DNA from: Camelus dromedarius | Lineage: Eukaryota | Reading direction: 5' to 3' | Assembly: GCF_036321535.1 (NCBI RefSeq) | Contig: NC_087436.1 | Span: 16,120,001 to 16,184,000, forward strand | DNA length: 64,000 nt | Made by a program: the position numbers and the translations under genes | Part shown: in pieces, positions 13,997-25,492 of the stretch | Numbering within the stretch: the first letter of the stretch is position 1 | Layout of the letters: each line of letters begins with the position of its first letter | Notes under the pieces: model-generated | The model's input: only the letters and a program-made list of their open reading frames with translations | Told to the model about the DNA's origin: nothing | Database searches by the model: none

Positions 13997-14809
13997 CAAG
14001 TTAAAATTAAATATTCAGTATTTTTGGATAATAAAACATGTAAGTACTTTGTTTTACTCTGTTGTACCTAAAAAAAACTTAAAGTCATCTTTTAAAATAT
14101 TAATTTTAGTGTTCTGAGGAAGTATACTATTATATTAAAAAAATTTTTACGTCATGTTCCTCAGGAACTTAAATATTTTTTCTATAATCTGAGGCATTAA
14201 TCTTGAGAATAAATACTGTCCTTTAATTTTACTTATGAATACAATGTTTAATTCTTCTACATTTCAGAAACAAGTAATATTAATAGTAAAATTACAACTC
14301 GTAGAGATTGTTATTACTAGAAAAAATCTTATGTTCACTTATAGGCTCTTGAGGCATTTCAGCATAATTATTAAGTGTAAAGAAAAAGATATGTGTTTTC
14401 TTTTAAGGTACACTTGAATTTTAAAGTATGGTTTGTCTTTAAAAAAAAAAACCAGAACAGAACTCATCACCTTCATAAGTGAAATCAGTCTTCTCATGGA
14501 TTGCTTCCCATCCTTTCCTGATTTTGTATGTATGCTTACATCACTTCATCCACCTGTACATCCCCCTTCTGTGCTTGCCTGAGTCCTTCTTTTTCTTGAA
14601 AACCAAGTGTGAGTAAGGATTCTTCCACTGGATCATGGTATATGAATTCTCTGAACTTTTATAACATTGGTAATCAGCACCATTCCTTTGGATTATATGT
14701 TATGTATTTGACTTTTTAATATATACGTAATCTTTCCCAGCCAGATTAGCAGTTCCTTAAGAGCAAAGACTTTCTGTCCATAATACTTTTATAATATTTT
14801 GTATATAAT

Positions 14810-14940
14810 GTCATTTATTTATTCACTCATTGAGTAAATTTTATAATAATTATTGCGTGTTGCTGTATGCAAGCACTGAGTATCTAGTAGTGAATTAAAC
14901 AGACAGAATTTCTTGCCCTCATGGACCTTACCTGTTAGTG
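14810..14940 (-). mobile_element. L2 3' end
   Basis: tcatttatttattcactcatt..tagtgaattaaacagacag..ttgccctcatggaccttac. Confidence 0.6.
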
Positions 14941-16099
14941 TAACATTTTAGTGCTCACTAAACATTTACTTGGTAGTGGTTATGGTAATCTGAATGACTT
15001 CTGCAACCAAGAGAATTTTATCATGGTAAATGCTTTAAGGATAGTTTTGTAGACTGTTCTCAATAGTGCTGTAGCAGCCATGGAAGACAGTTTTACAGGC
15101 TGATGAAACATAACTTTGCCTTGTAGGCAAAGATCCGGCAGTTTAAGCCAAGTCTGTTAGTATTAAATAACATATGCTTATTTTGTAAGGGAACAAGTGG
15201 TAAACTTTCAAGACTGACCTCATATAACCTCTGGATACAAGAATAGTTGGAAACAACAGCAACAACATGCAAACATAAACAAAATAAGCCTCCTGAGCAC
15301 TTAGTCAGAAATGAATGTCCCTCAAAAGGATATTGTAGGCATTTCATCATTTTACAGGTGGATAAAAACATAAAGCTTGGCTGATGCACTTTTAATTGAA
15401 AGTCTAGACCATTCACATGGGGAGCCAAGAAGCATGATAAAAGATAAAAGCAGCAGCAAAAATTAAAACAAAAACAAAAACAAAAACCCGACCAACCAAA
15501 AACACAGAAACTGGATGGACAATGGATCTGAGCAACAGTGGCAGCTACCATTAGTATTGGTGGTGTACATTGCAAATGGCAGGTATTTTGAAGGCAGAAA
15601 AGTGAGAAATTTGACAAAGAAAGCAAAAAAATGCCAGCCAGCCCCCCCCCGCCCCCCCAGTATGAAAAGACCCTATAGGAGAGTGTCACTTTGAGATGAA
15701 GAGAGAATACAGAAAAGTCTGAGGAGTAAAAGGTGGCATCATTCACTAAACAGTGTTTCAGTTTAGAACCTTTAGAGAACAGCTATCTGGAAACCGTTGA
15801 GTTTTCATGTCACCAAGATTTTTATTGAATAGAATTTGATATTTTGAAATCATGTGGAAATCTATTAGACCAAAAAAATTAATCCTGGAGAATAATTAAT
15901 TTTCATTAGCATTGCTGGCTGTTTTTCCTGAGTGGAATAAATAGGTAAGTGTTGCTCCTGGTAGTGGTATGAGAAACGGAAGCTTGCACACTGGCTATTT
16001 CTAGTATATTTGCGTATCTCGACAGCAAACTTTTGGTTTGATACATGATAGTTTTCGAGTCAGTGCTAATGGAGTATTACAAAGGCATACATCCTAGAG

Positions 16100-18540
16100 A
16101 AATTATAAAATTATGTAATTCCTGTGGAGGGCAATTTGGCAGTATCTACCAAAATTTCATATGCATTTGTTCCCTGATTCCAATTTGAGTGACCTATCTT
16201 AAATATTCAGTGACAAAAATAATTGAAAAGATGTTTGTAAGGCTGGCCATCACAGTACTGTTTGTAATAGCAAAAGATAATAAATGCTCAAACTGCCTAT
16301 CCAGTGTAGGAAACAGATTGAGTGCAAATTTGTGCATCTACACAGTGAGGAATATCTCTATAAACTGCTTTAGAAATGGTCACTGGGATACATGAACAAA
16401 ACAAGGTAGAGAAAAATGTGTATAGTATGCCCCCATCTATCTAAGGAATGGGGCAGCAAATACAGTTTTATATGTATTTGCTTGTATTTTTTAATGGAAT
16501 ATTGAACCAAAAACGAATAAAAATAACTTTAAAAGGAGATAGAACAAGGTAGAAAAGCAGGAATTGAAAATAGATTTCTGAATATACCTCATATTATACA
16601 TTGGAGTTTTTAATCCCTATTTAGAAAAATTAAACAATAATGGTTAATCTGGAAGCCAAATGAAGTAAATCAATTGGGTGTTAGATACTACATGCAGAGA
16701 GATTATTTTCAGTGATTTTAGAACATAGTAATTTGAAGATTTCTCTTGGGGACCTTTTTCTCTTCCCATCTCTCTACTTCCCCAACCCCCCACATACATA
16801 TACTAAGGAGAAAGGAAAAAACTAAAGAAATATTGTTTGGTTTTGGTTATCTTATTGTTAGTAGTATAATTAGAATTGTTACTGTGAACTTAGTTCTTCA
16901 ACTTTTCTCAAAAGTGACAACCTTTTTAATCATTCATTGTCTTATTTCTCAGATACTGACTGACTTTCTGATGTGTGCTGAGATGTAATTATGACCACAC
17001 AGTTCAAAGCAAACAAGGAATTATGTTAACGCCGTTTAGGAACTAAGATTTTTCAAAGCAAGAGAAAGCAAATGTAAAAATTGAGGAAGTTAAAATTCTT
17101 TTATCTTAAACTTGAATTGAAGTATCTGTATGAAGTCATAATTTCTTTATTAAAAAGTAGCTTTTCCATTTCTGCCCACTGGAAAGGCCTGGAAACAGAA
17201 AGCAATAAAATAATACTACTCTTGACCCTAGATTGTGGTCTCTAAGTGCCGTTTTCCAATTAAAACAATCAAGGCTCCTTGGGCAAATGCCGGATTCCAG
17301 GACTGGCCAGATCAGTCTGGACTTAACATGTTACATGAAAAGACCAGGGAGCTATCAGAGGTTCCTGATGCAGAGTAGAAAAGGTTTTAGGAGCTAAAAC
17401 GAAGAGATTTCCATTAGCCGAAGATAGGGCAGTCTGAAAATATAAAAGAAAAATAATTATTAGATTGAAATGCAGCAAATTATGTTTAAATCCATAGGTT
17501 TATAATGATAGTCCTAAAACTTTATAGGTTAGCTTCAGAGGATTCTAGGGAATAAGCCTATAATTCTCAAAACTGATTATTATAGGAAAAAAATCACATT
17601 CATCCCATTTTAAAATATAAATTGTACCACACGGTAACTACATTGTTGAACGAAAGTTCTTTTCAATTGAAGAATTGCAGATAACAAATGCAAAAGGAAT
17701 AGTAGATTAGCAAAACTGAGATCTAGACATTATGATCAATGGCTACTAAAACCACTATATAAAAAGTTATGTTGAATTTTTAATGAATGGACATCAGAAT
17801 TCACAGACCAATATTAAATCCCAAAAAACGACAAGCAGACATTATATGGCCAACTTTCATTTCGTTAAGTATTGATATCTCTACAGTCTAATGTAGCCAC
17901 TGGTCACTCGTGGCTTTTGAGAATTTGAAATGTGGTTAGTCTGATGAGATATGCTGAGTATAAAATACATACTGGATTTGGAATGAAATTCAAATGAGGA
18001 AAGGATGAAAAAATGTAAAATATGTAATATTTTAATATTGATTGTGTATTGAAATGATAATGTTTTCAGTATAGTGTGTTAAAATGGCTTTCACCTGTTT
18101 CTTTTCTGTTTTTCCATTTTTAATGTGACTACTGGAAAATTTTAAATTACATGTGAGGCTTGTATTATATTTCTATTGGGCATTGCTGCTGTACATCTCA
18201 AAACCAGTTTATGGGAAACTGAGGGGAAAGGGAGCATGTTAAATGATGGCACAAAGTTGCAGTTAGTGAAATCCAGAATCGGGAAAAATCTGTAATGTAA
18301 AGAACTCAGTTTCTTCAACAAATAGATGACCAAAGCAATAAAAATAAAAGGAGTATTAAGAAATATCTTGGAACAAGCATAATATATGGAACTTATCTGG
18401 ATTCTGGTTTTAGAAAACTAGTAGTAAATAAATAAAAGACAACTAGGGAAATTGAATATTAATTGAATACTTAGTATGTGAAGAGATTCCCCCTAATTTA
18501 TATAGATGTGAAAATGATAATGGGGCGAGGGGAGTCCTCA
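16100..18540 (+). mobile_element. Old L1 (L1ME/MC/MD-type) 3' fragments
   Basis: ctgtggagggcaatttggcagtatctacc, ttgtggtctctaagtgcc..aggctccttgggcaaatgccggattccagg. Split by MER33. Confidence 0.6.
17880..18188. mobile_element. MER33 (hAT-Charlie)
   Basis: gtagccactggtcactcgtggc..ttgaaatgtggttagtc..ttcacctgtttctttt..aaattacatgtgaggcttgtattatatttctattggg follows the MER33 consensus end to end. Confidence 0.8.
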
Positions 18541-18734
18541 GTTAAAAGCAAAAGAGCCATCCCATGGTAACTCCTCCATAGCTTACACCATTTGTACGTG
18601 TGGGCTTAATGTTCTTTGGACTATATAGTATTTTGTCTGCTGAAGAGTGTGATTTCCCTGGAAATTGCAGTCTGTAGTAACATCCCTTTTGTTTATGTAT
18701 TTATTCACTTAACAGTTTCACAAATATTTCTTCC

Positions 18735-18876
18735 TTTTTTTAATTGAGGTATAATTGACATAACATTATGTTAGTTTTAGGTGTACAATATAATAATTCA
18801 ATATTTGTTGTACATATTACAAAGTGATTACCTCAGTAAGTCCAGTTAACATTTGTCTCCTATTTGTATAGTTACT
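18735..18876 (-). mobile_element. Short L1 3' end (L1MA9/10-like)
   Basis: Poly-T followed by aattgaggtataattgacataacattatgttagttttaggtgtacaa. Confidence 0.7.
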
Positions 18877-20104
18877 TTTATTGACTTCTCGATATGTGCT
18901 GGGTACTATGATATAATTAGAAACAAGGAAAACTTGGTTTAGGCCATCATGGAAATACCATATATGAAATAAATGATTATATGAATAGTTCAAAAAATCT
19001 ATAATATGGGAGTGCAGCAAAAACCAACCAGTAAAATAAACTGTGGTAACAGTTGAAGATCTAGAACCAGAAAGTGAATAATATAATCACCAAAATATTT
19101 TCATTCTCCCCAAATAATTTCTTCAATAAATGCATTAAATACCTACCTATTCCAAACACTGTGATGGTGCTGGAGTCAGTGCTTAGCAGAATCGTCATGC
19201 CTCCATGCATGTGGAACTTAACATTGGCATATTTAGTACCATAGCTCTGTGAATTTGTAACTGGAGCGCATACTGGCTTCACACCCCATGTTTTTTGTTT
19301 GTTTATTTGTTTGTTTTGTTTAGTAAGATAGTTAGTCACTGTATCAGCTAGGATTTGATATTTTATTATTTATTGAGCCCATAGAAAAGTACATACTAAA
19401 CATGTGCTTTACAGTATAATAATTAGCATATAATTTTCAACGTTTCAATGAACTTTTGCCATAAAATTTAAGAGGATTTTAATTGAAAGTAATAAGGATT
19501 GCTTGTTAATAGGCTGTAGATAATTAGGGAGCTATTTGCATTCTCTTCCCACAAATTTTCTTAGTGTTCTGAGCTTCACTTAATTCATAACTTTATCTCA
19601 TGAGGATTAGTTAATCCCATTTAGTCGCAGTAATAACAGCCATGATGTTATCTCCTCTTTCGCTCTCTCCCAGAGTTCTAATGATTCTTTGGAAAGATTG
19701 TAACGTTGATTGGTTTTATTTATTATAAGTAGAAGTAGAGTGTTCTTCTTAGTCTTTTGCTCTAATGAAGTGCGCTGGTAAGTGGTGCTGACATTCACTG
19801 CAGTTAATTTTAGTTTTGCTAATGTCAATTTTACTTTTCTATGGCATTTTAATAAAAACCTCAGTTCAAATACTAACAGATCACTATCTGACCAGACACC
19901 TTTATAGAAAATACCTAACGTGAGTGAGTTTGTAAAATTCATACATTTTATTGTACCCTTTTGCTGACTGTATGAGTGTATTTTAAAATAAGATATCTAC
20001 AATGCTGTTCGGTTTCCAGTTTGAGATTTCTTACTATATTTGGTATTTTGTCAATATATCAAGTATAAGCCCAAATTTGTTTATCTTTTTCTTTTAGGCT
20101 TAGG

Positions 20105-20322
20105 CTAACTACTATAGAGTAAAAAGGCTTTTAAGTCAGAAAGTTTGAATTTCTATGTATTTTGGCTTTGTGACTTTGGCCTTGTGAAAGTACCTCTTCA
20201 GTGGAAGTGTCTATTATCTATTCTAATGGTTTGTTGTGAATATAAAATAACAGGATGTGTTAGGTACTCTGCATAGTGCCTGTCAAATAGGAAGTGCTCA
20301 GTAAATTGTGATGATTAATACT
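20105..20322 (+). mobile_element. MIR SINE
   Basis: ctttgtgactttggcc..ggtttgttgtgaatataaaataa..catagtgcctgtcaaataggaagtgctcagtaaat. Confidence 0.65.
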
Positions 20323-20649
20323 ATTTGCATATTTGAACACAACTTCTTACCTATGATATGCTCTTTTCTTACATTATTTTTAGTTTTGGAGCTCTGCCTT
20401 TGGTTCATTTAAAGTGAAACATATATATTTATAAGCATTTAGAATGATACTTCATCTTGGAACAGTCATTTATTAATTTACACATTTTATGGAGTATTTG
20501 CTAATCTACGTAGTTTTCTTAATTTCTGAGCCTCTACATGCTTTGTACTTGTATTAGATGTAGATTACTTGTAGAGTTGTTGAGAAGATACAATGGGATA
20601 TATGTATCTAGTGTTAATGCTTAGTAAATAATAGTAGCTGTTAATGAAA

Positions 20650-21420
20650 TTTACATGTGAGGTGAGACATTTATATGAAAATACATAATAGAGATTTGAA
20701 AGTGATACAAAAATATATACTTACGAACAAAAAAGGTACAAATATAAGGTGCTTTTGAAGTTCAGGAAAGATAGGGCTGTTTCTTACAGGTGGGAGATGA
20801 GGGAAGACTTCATATTAGAGTTATAATCCAGTGTTTCAGAAAGAGTTGATATGTGATCATGCAACAGAAAGGCATTGCTATTAGAAGGAAACATGAGCAG
20901 AGTTGGAAGCTAGAAGGGCAGGTAGAGAGAATACTCAGCAGTTCAGTTTGGGTGAGTGAGTGATACGTAAAGCAGATTGGTGAGAACTAAGACTGAGACT
21001 ACGACATAAGTATCTTAAATATCGGAGACAAGACAGTTGGCATTATTCTATCAGCTATTTTAAGTTTGGAGCCAGGAAATGACTTAAGAACCATATTTCA
21101 GTAAGGTGATCTTGTTGTCTTCTGTAAAATTGTGTTAAAAGAAATTGAATGGGAGGCAGAGAGAAGAGGTATTTTACTATGTCAAGAGTGAACAAGTGTC
21201 TGAAGTAGGACAGTGGTAGAAGAATAAATGCTTTTAAGATGTCCAATGATAGAAGGTGATAAAAACAAAATGATCTAAGAAAAGGACTTCAGATTTGGCA
21301 ACCAAGAAGGTACTAGTTATCTGAGAAATGTTTTGGTAGTATGGAGATAGTGGAGGCCAGATTACAGAAGTTAGGGAACGAGTGAGTGATTTAAAACATG
21401 ATAGTGTCAGGAAATTTTTT
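20650..21420 (-). mobile_element. L2 fragment (degenerate)
   Basis: Purine-rich L2-like: gagggaagacttcatattagag..agatttggcaaccaagaagg..ggaggccagattacag. Confidence 0.5.
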
Positions 21421-22159
21421 TTCATGAAGTTTAATATAGTTTATATAGCAAATACCATCTAGTGTATAAATAAACATTGAAATTAACCTTTATTCATGAA
21501 GAGCAGTAATATCCTAATGCCTCACTTAACTCTGTACTTTCAAAATGATTTGCTTGATCTGATAAATTATGCAGTCTTGCATTTTGACCTCATAACCCTT
21601 TAGAATTTACTTAAATTGATTCTTTATTCACCACATTTTAGCGTGACTATAACTAATTCTTGTTTTCCTAAACTTTTTCTATTGTGTATATAAAAAAGAA
21701 CATATAAAGGTATTTATTGATGTGCTGTGATGTTTAGTTTCATTTGAACTTAAACAATCAAGGGCTAGATTTTTTTCCCCTAAATCTTCTTGTTGCAAAG
21801 GAAAAAAAAATAGGCAAATGAAGATTTGCTTATAAATTTTTTTCCTGTTTTAAGTGTATAAAATGTATATGAAATATATGTTTCTGTCATAACATATTTT
21901 AAAACATAATTTCTATGAAATAAATTTGAACTTTGTCACTATGAATATTTGGATATTCGTGGCTTATGTCTAGAATTTCAGAAAAGATAAAATAGAGAAG
22001 AATGGAAAATTAATTAAATATTCTTTAAATCAATAGATCTTGATTAAGGACCATTGATAAAAAGTTATCTATTTTGGGACATAGAGATGTATTATTGCAT
22101 TTGAGAATATTGTGGTTTAATGATAAAGTCAGATGTAATTAATCACAGTGAAGTTAGTA

Positions 22160-22610
22160 TGATGTTGCATGTAGGAAATCCAAGGATTCTACAAAAATAT
22201 TACTAGAACTAAAAAATCAGGAAGGTGAGGGAATGTAAGATTAATATACAGAAGTCAGTTGTATTTTCATATACTAGCAGAAAACAATCCAAAATGAAAT
22301 GATGAAAATAATTTTATTCACTGTAGCAACAAAACAAATAAAATATTTTGGAATGAAACACTAAGACATATAATGCCTGTACTTTGAAAACTATAAAACA
22401 TTACTAGGAGAAATTGCTCACAATATAAGAAGTTCTAAGTGGAAGATTATTATCAAATATAGTGCCAGGATGCTAGTACTCCCCAAACTGATCTATAAAT
22501 TGAATGTAATCCCTATGTATAGATCACTGGAAAAGAACAGAGAGTAAACCTTCATTTTATGGTGAAATGATTTTCAATAAAGGTGCCAGTTTGATACAAT
22601 GTGGGAAAAA
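22160..22610 (+). mobile_element. Old L1 ORF2 fragment
   Basis: gtaggaaatccaaggattctacaaaaa..ttaatatacagaagtcagttgtattttcatatactagca..gaaaactataaaacattact. Confidence 0.75.
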
Positions 22611-22869
22611 TTTAACTTTATTTTTAATGTCAGACATCCATATGTTACCTAATATATTTATTAAATATATTAATTATAAAAGTGATACATTTTTACTTAA
22701 GGAAGTGTAAATACATTTAAGATACACCAACAAAAAAAAATTACCACTAATTAAGCCATTCTCTCTGACTCACTATTGATATTTCAGTCTAGTTGGTTCC
22801 AGGCTTATACTAGGCTTTTTTTGTTAAATCATAGTAGAATAATGTAAAATGTATGATTTTAGTCATTTT

Positions 22870-23795
22870 AAAATGTACAATTCAATAATGTTATGAAAGG
22901 TTAGAGTTAATAAAGGGTGCTGTAATATACTTGTATAAAAAAAGATTTTCAACTTTACGTCATATCATGTGAAAAAATTAATTCAAAATGGATATTCCTG
23001 GTGACTTCCCAGTAGCAGTGAATACCACCTTGAGCCCTGATCTTGATTTTGAAATAAGACTCCCCACTGAAAGTAGGTTTCTGTGGAGTAATGGTAGCTT
23101 TCAGGGCCTTGGCAGAGAGACTTTTAAGATGTACCTGCAATATCTTGTCATGTTGGAAAGTAAGGAAGTGCTGAAAGAATGACAGGGATGTGTAAGAAGG
23201 AAAAAGAATTAGCTTGAAAGATTCTCACTGGCTAGATCAGTGGATATGTAAACATCAAAATAAATAATGATAGTAATGTATTATAACCCACTGAATAAAC
23301 TAGGAGACCAAACATCCATACTAAAGTAAATTAAGTGAAGAAATTGAAAGTTTGATGAAGATAAGAATTATTTATATAGTTCCAAAGTATCTCCTGAAAA
23401 AAACACCCATTAATTACAAAAGGCAAAACACTAACTTTACACTAAAGAATCTTGGTAGATGCCCTGTCAATCAAAGTGAACATCATTAGCAGTGAGATAA
23501 CCTGAAATCATGTGTTGCTTGATGGGATGCATTGAGATGATCACAGCATCTCTCTGTGACAGTCATGCCCAAAATGCCTAGCTTGAGTCTAGTCATGCAG
23601 AAATATTAGAAAAATCCAAATTGAGGGACATTCTACAAAGTAACTGACCTGTAGTCTTCTAAAATGTCAAGAATTTGAGATTTCAGGAAAGACTAAAGAA
23701 CTCTTCTTTCAGATGGAAACAAAATAAAGAGATAACTAAATGCAAGACATGATTCTAAGCTGGATCTTTTCATTATAAAGAGATTACTGGGGCAA
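22870..23795 (+). mobile_element. Old L1 (L1MC/MD) 3' UTR fragment
   Basis: aaacatcaaaataaataatgatagtaatg..aaatccaaattgagggacattctacaaagtaactgacctgta. Confidence 0.7.
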
Positions 23796-23808
23796 TTATT
23801 ATCTTATG

Positions 23809-23976
23809 TAATCTTTACAACAACCTTATAAGTTAGGTACTGTTATTCTCATTTTACAGTTGAGAGCAACTGAAGTATAAAGATTTTATATGTCTTGTCC
23901 AAGGTCTCACATCGAGTAACTGGCAAACCCAGAATTTGAAGATATCTGATTCCAGATTCCATGCTGTTAACTGCTA
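23809..23976 (-). mobile_element. MIR SINE
   Basis: taatctttacaacaacc..cattttacagttgagagcaactgaag..cttgtccaaggtctcaca..ccagaatttgaa. Confidence 0.75.
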
Positions 23977-24429
23977 AACTATATAGCAAGTAAACATTTA
24001 GCTATATAGATGGAGAGCTAAAATAGATCTTCACTGGGCATACAACTTTTAGTTCACTTGTATATGAGCAATTACGGCCATAAGCATGGAGAAGATCATA
24101 AAAAGAGAGTGTACTGAGTGAGAAAAGGAATGGCCAGGGACATTGGCTAAGATGGTTAGCTACAAAGAACACAGAGCTTGTAGTTCCATAAAGGGAAAAG
24201 CCATGTACATACAATTATAAGGTAGTTGTATTCCTGCTATGGTACAGGAAGTACAGGTTGCTGAGATCAAAATTACCTATAGGAGCTGACGTCTAAGCTG
24301 AGAGTCTGTTGATGGATGATACTTGTTGGCAGGCAAATAGGGTGCTTCTGAAGACTAGGAGACAGAGTGTGGAATAGAAAGTACTTCACTGTGGCTGAAG
24401 AATGCTGCAGGGGAGTCCCAGGGCTAATA

Positions 24430-24990
24430 GACTCTTGTCATTTTTTATCTTACTTGGCTCAATTTCTCTGCTTCTGGTACTCTACCATTTTGATGGCTCT
24501 GTCTCATTCTCCTATTAATTAGTTATTCAACAGATTTTTATTTAAAAAAAAAACCTGCTCTGAGCCAAGACTCTGCAAGACCACTTTTGTGATCCTGAAT
24601 CTCACCTTTTCCTGATTCCACTTCTTAGAGTCATCCCTGGTAAGTTCTCTTGCTGGTTTTGTTTTGTTTTTTTTTTCTTTTAAATTCGCTCTTCTACTGT
24701 GATCTTAATCTCTCCTAGCACTTCAGCTGTCACTTCTCTGCAGATGTCTCACACCAGTGTCTGTGATTCTTACCTCTCTTATAAGCCCCACATCTCTTAT
24801 TTTCAAGGACCTTCTAATTCTTTTCATGCAAGTGTACTTCGGGCTCCTCAAACTCAACACCCAAAACTAAATTCATCTTCTCTTGTAAGTCTTACTGCAT
24901 TTCCTGTTTTTGTTTGTGGAATCATTATTGGAATCTAAGCTTAAGGTCTTGGATTCATATTCAATGCTGTCCTCTCTCATATCCCTCAAC
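24430..24990 (+). mobile_element. L2 fragments
   Basis: ctgcagatgtctcacaccagtgtctg..ctcctcaaactcaacacccaaaactaaattcatctt. Confidence 0.5.
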
Positions 24991-25462
24991 TGAAGTATGG
25001 CAAAGCTTAATACAGCCAATATTGCTGAGTGCTGATTACTCTTAGGAAACAGACACCTTCATACATTTTTGGTATAAGAGTAAATTGGTAGTATCCTTCT
25101 GGAGGGGGATTAAGTAATACCTATAAAAATTAAAATCAGTTTATTCTCATCTTAAAATGTCTGCATATATGCCATGCATCCAGAGAGTCTTGGTGCTTTG
25201 CAGCAAAATGAGAAACTCGTTTTTCCTTTAAGGCCCACCCAGTTCTCAGCTGGAATGCTTTCAACCTCAGTTTCTTAGAAATGACCCCTAAGATTGGACC
25301 CTCTCATTCCCAGTAACAAGGCTACCACTACTACTAATGTTAGCGGTGGTAGGAGCAGCAGTAGCAACTTCTGTTACTAGTTAGCGATCCCTTTACCAAG
25401 TTCATAAGCTTTATTAATTATTTTGTGGAGTAAATAGTATTAGCCCCTGTGTTCACTTGTTT

Positions 25463-25492
25463 AAAACAAAACAAAACAAAACAAAACAAAAC
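25463..25492 (+). repeat. (AAAAC)6 microsatellite
   Basis: Read directly from the sequence. Confidence 0.95.

Noticed and set aside
15641..15658. C-run with G-quadruplex or i-motif potential
   Set aside because: A short interrupted homopolymer with no supporting context.
15093..15746. Longest ORF in the track (217 aa, minus strand)
   Set aside because: GTG start, low complexity (FCFCF from AAAAAC repeats, GGGGG from a poly-C run) and no recognisable domain. A chance ORF.
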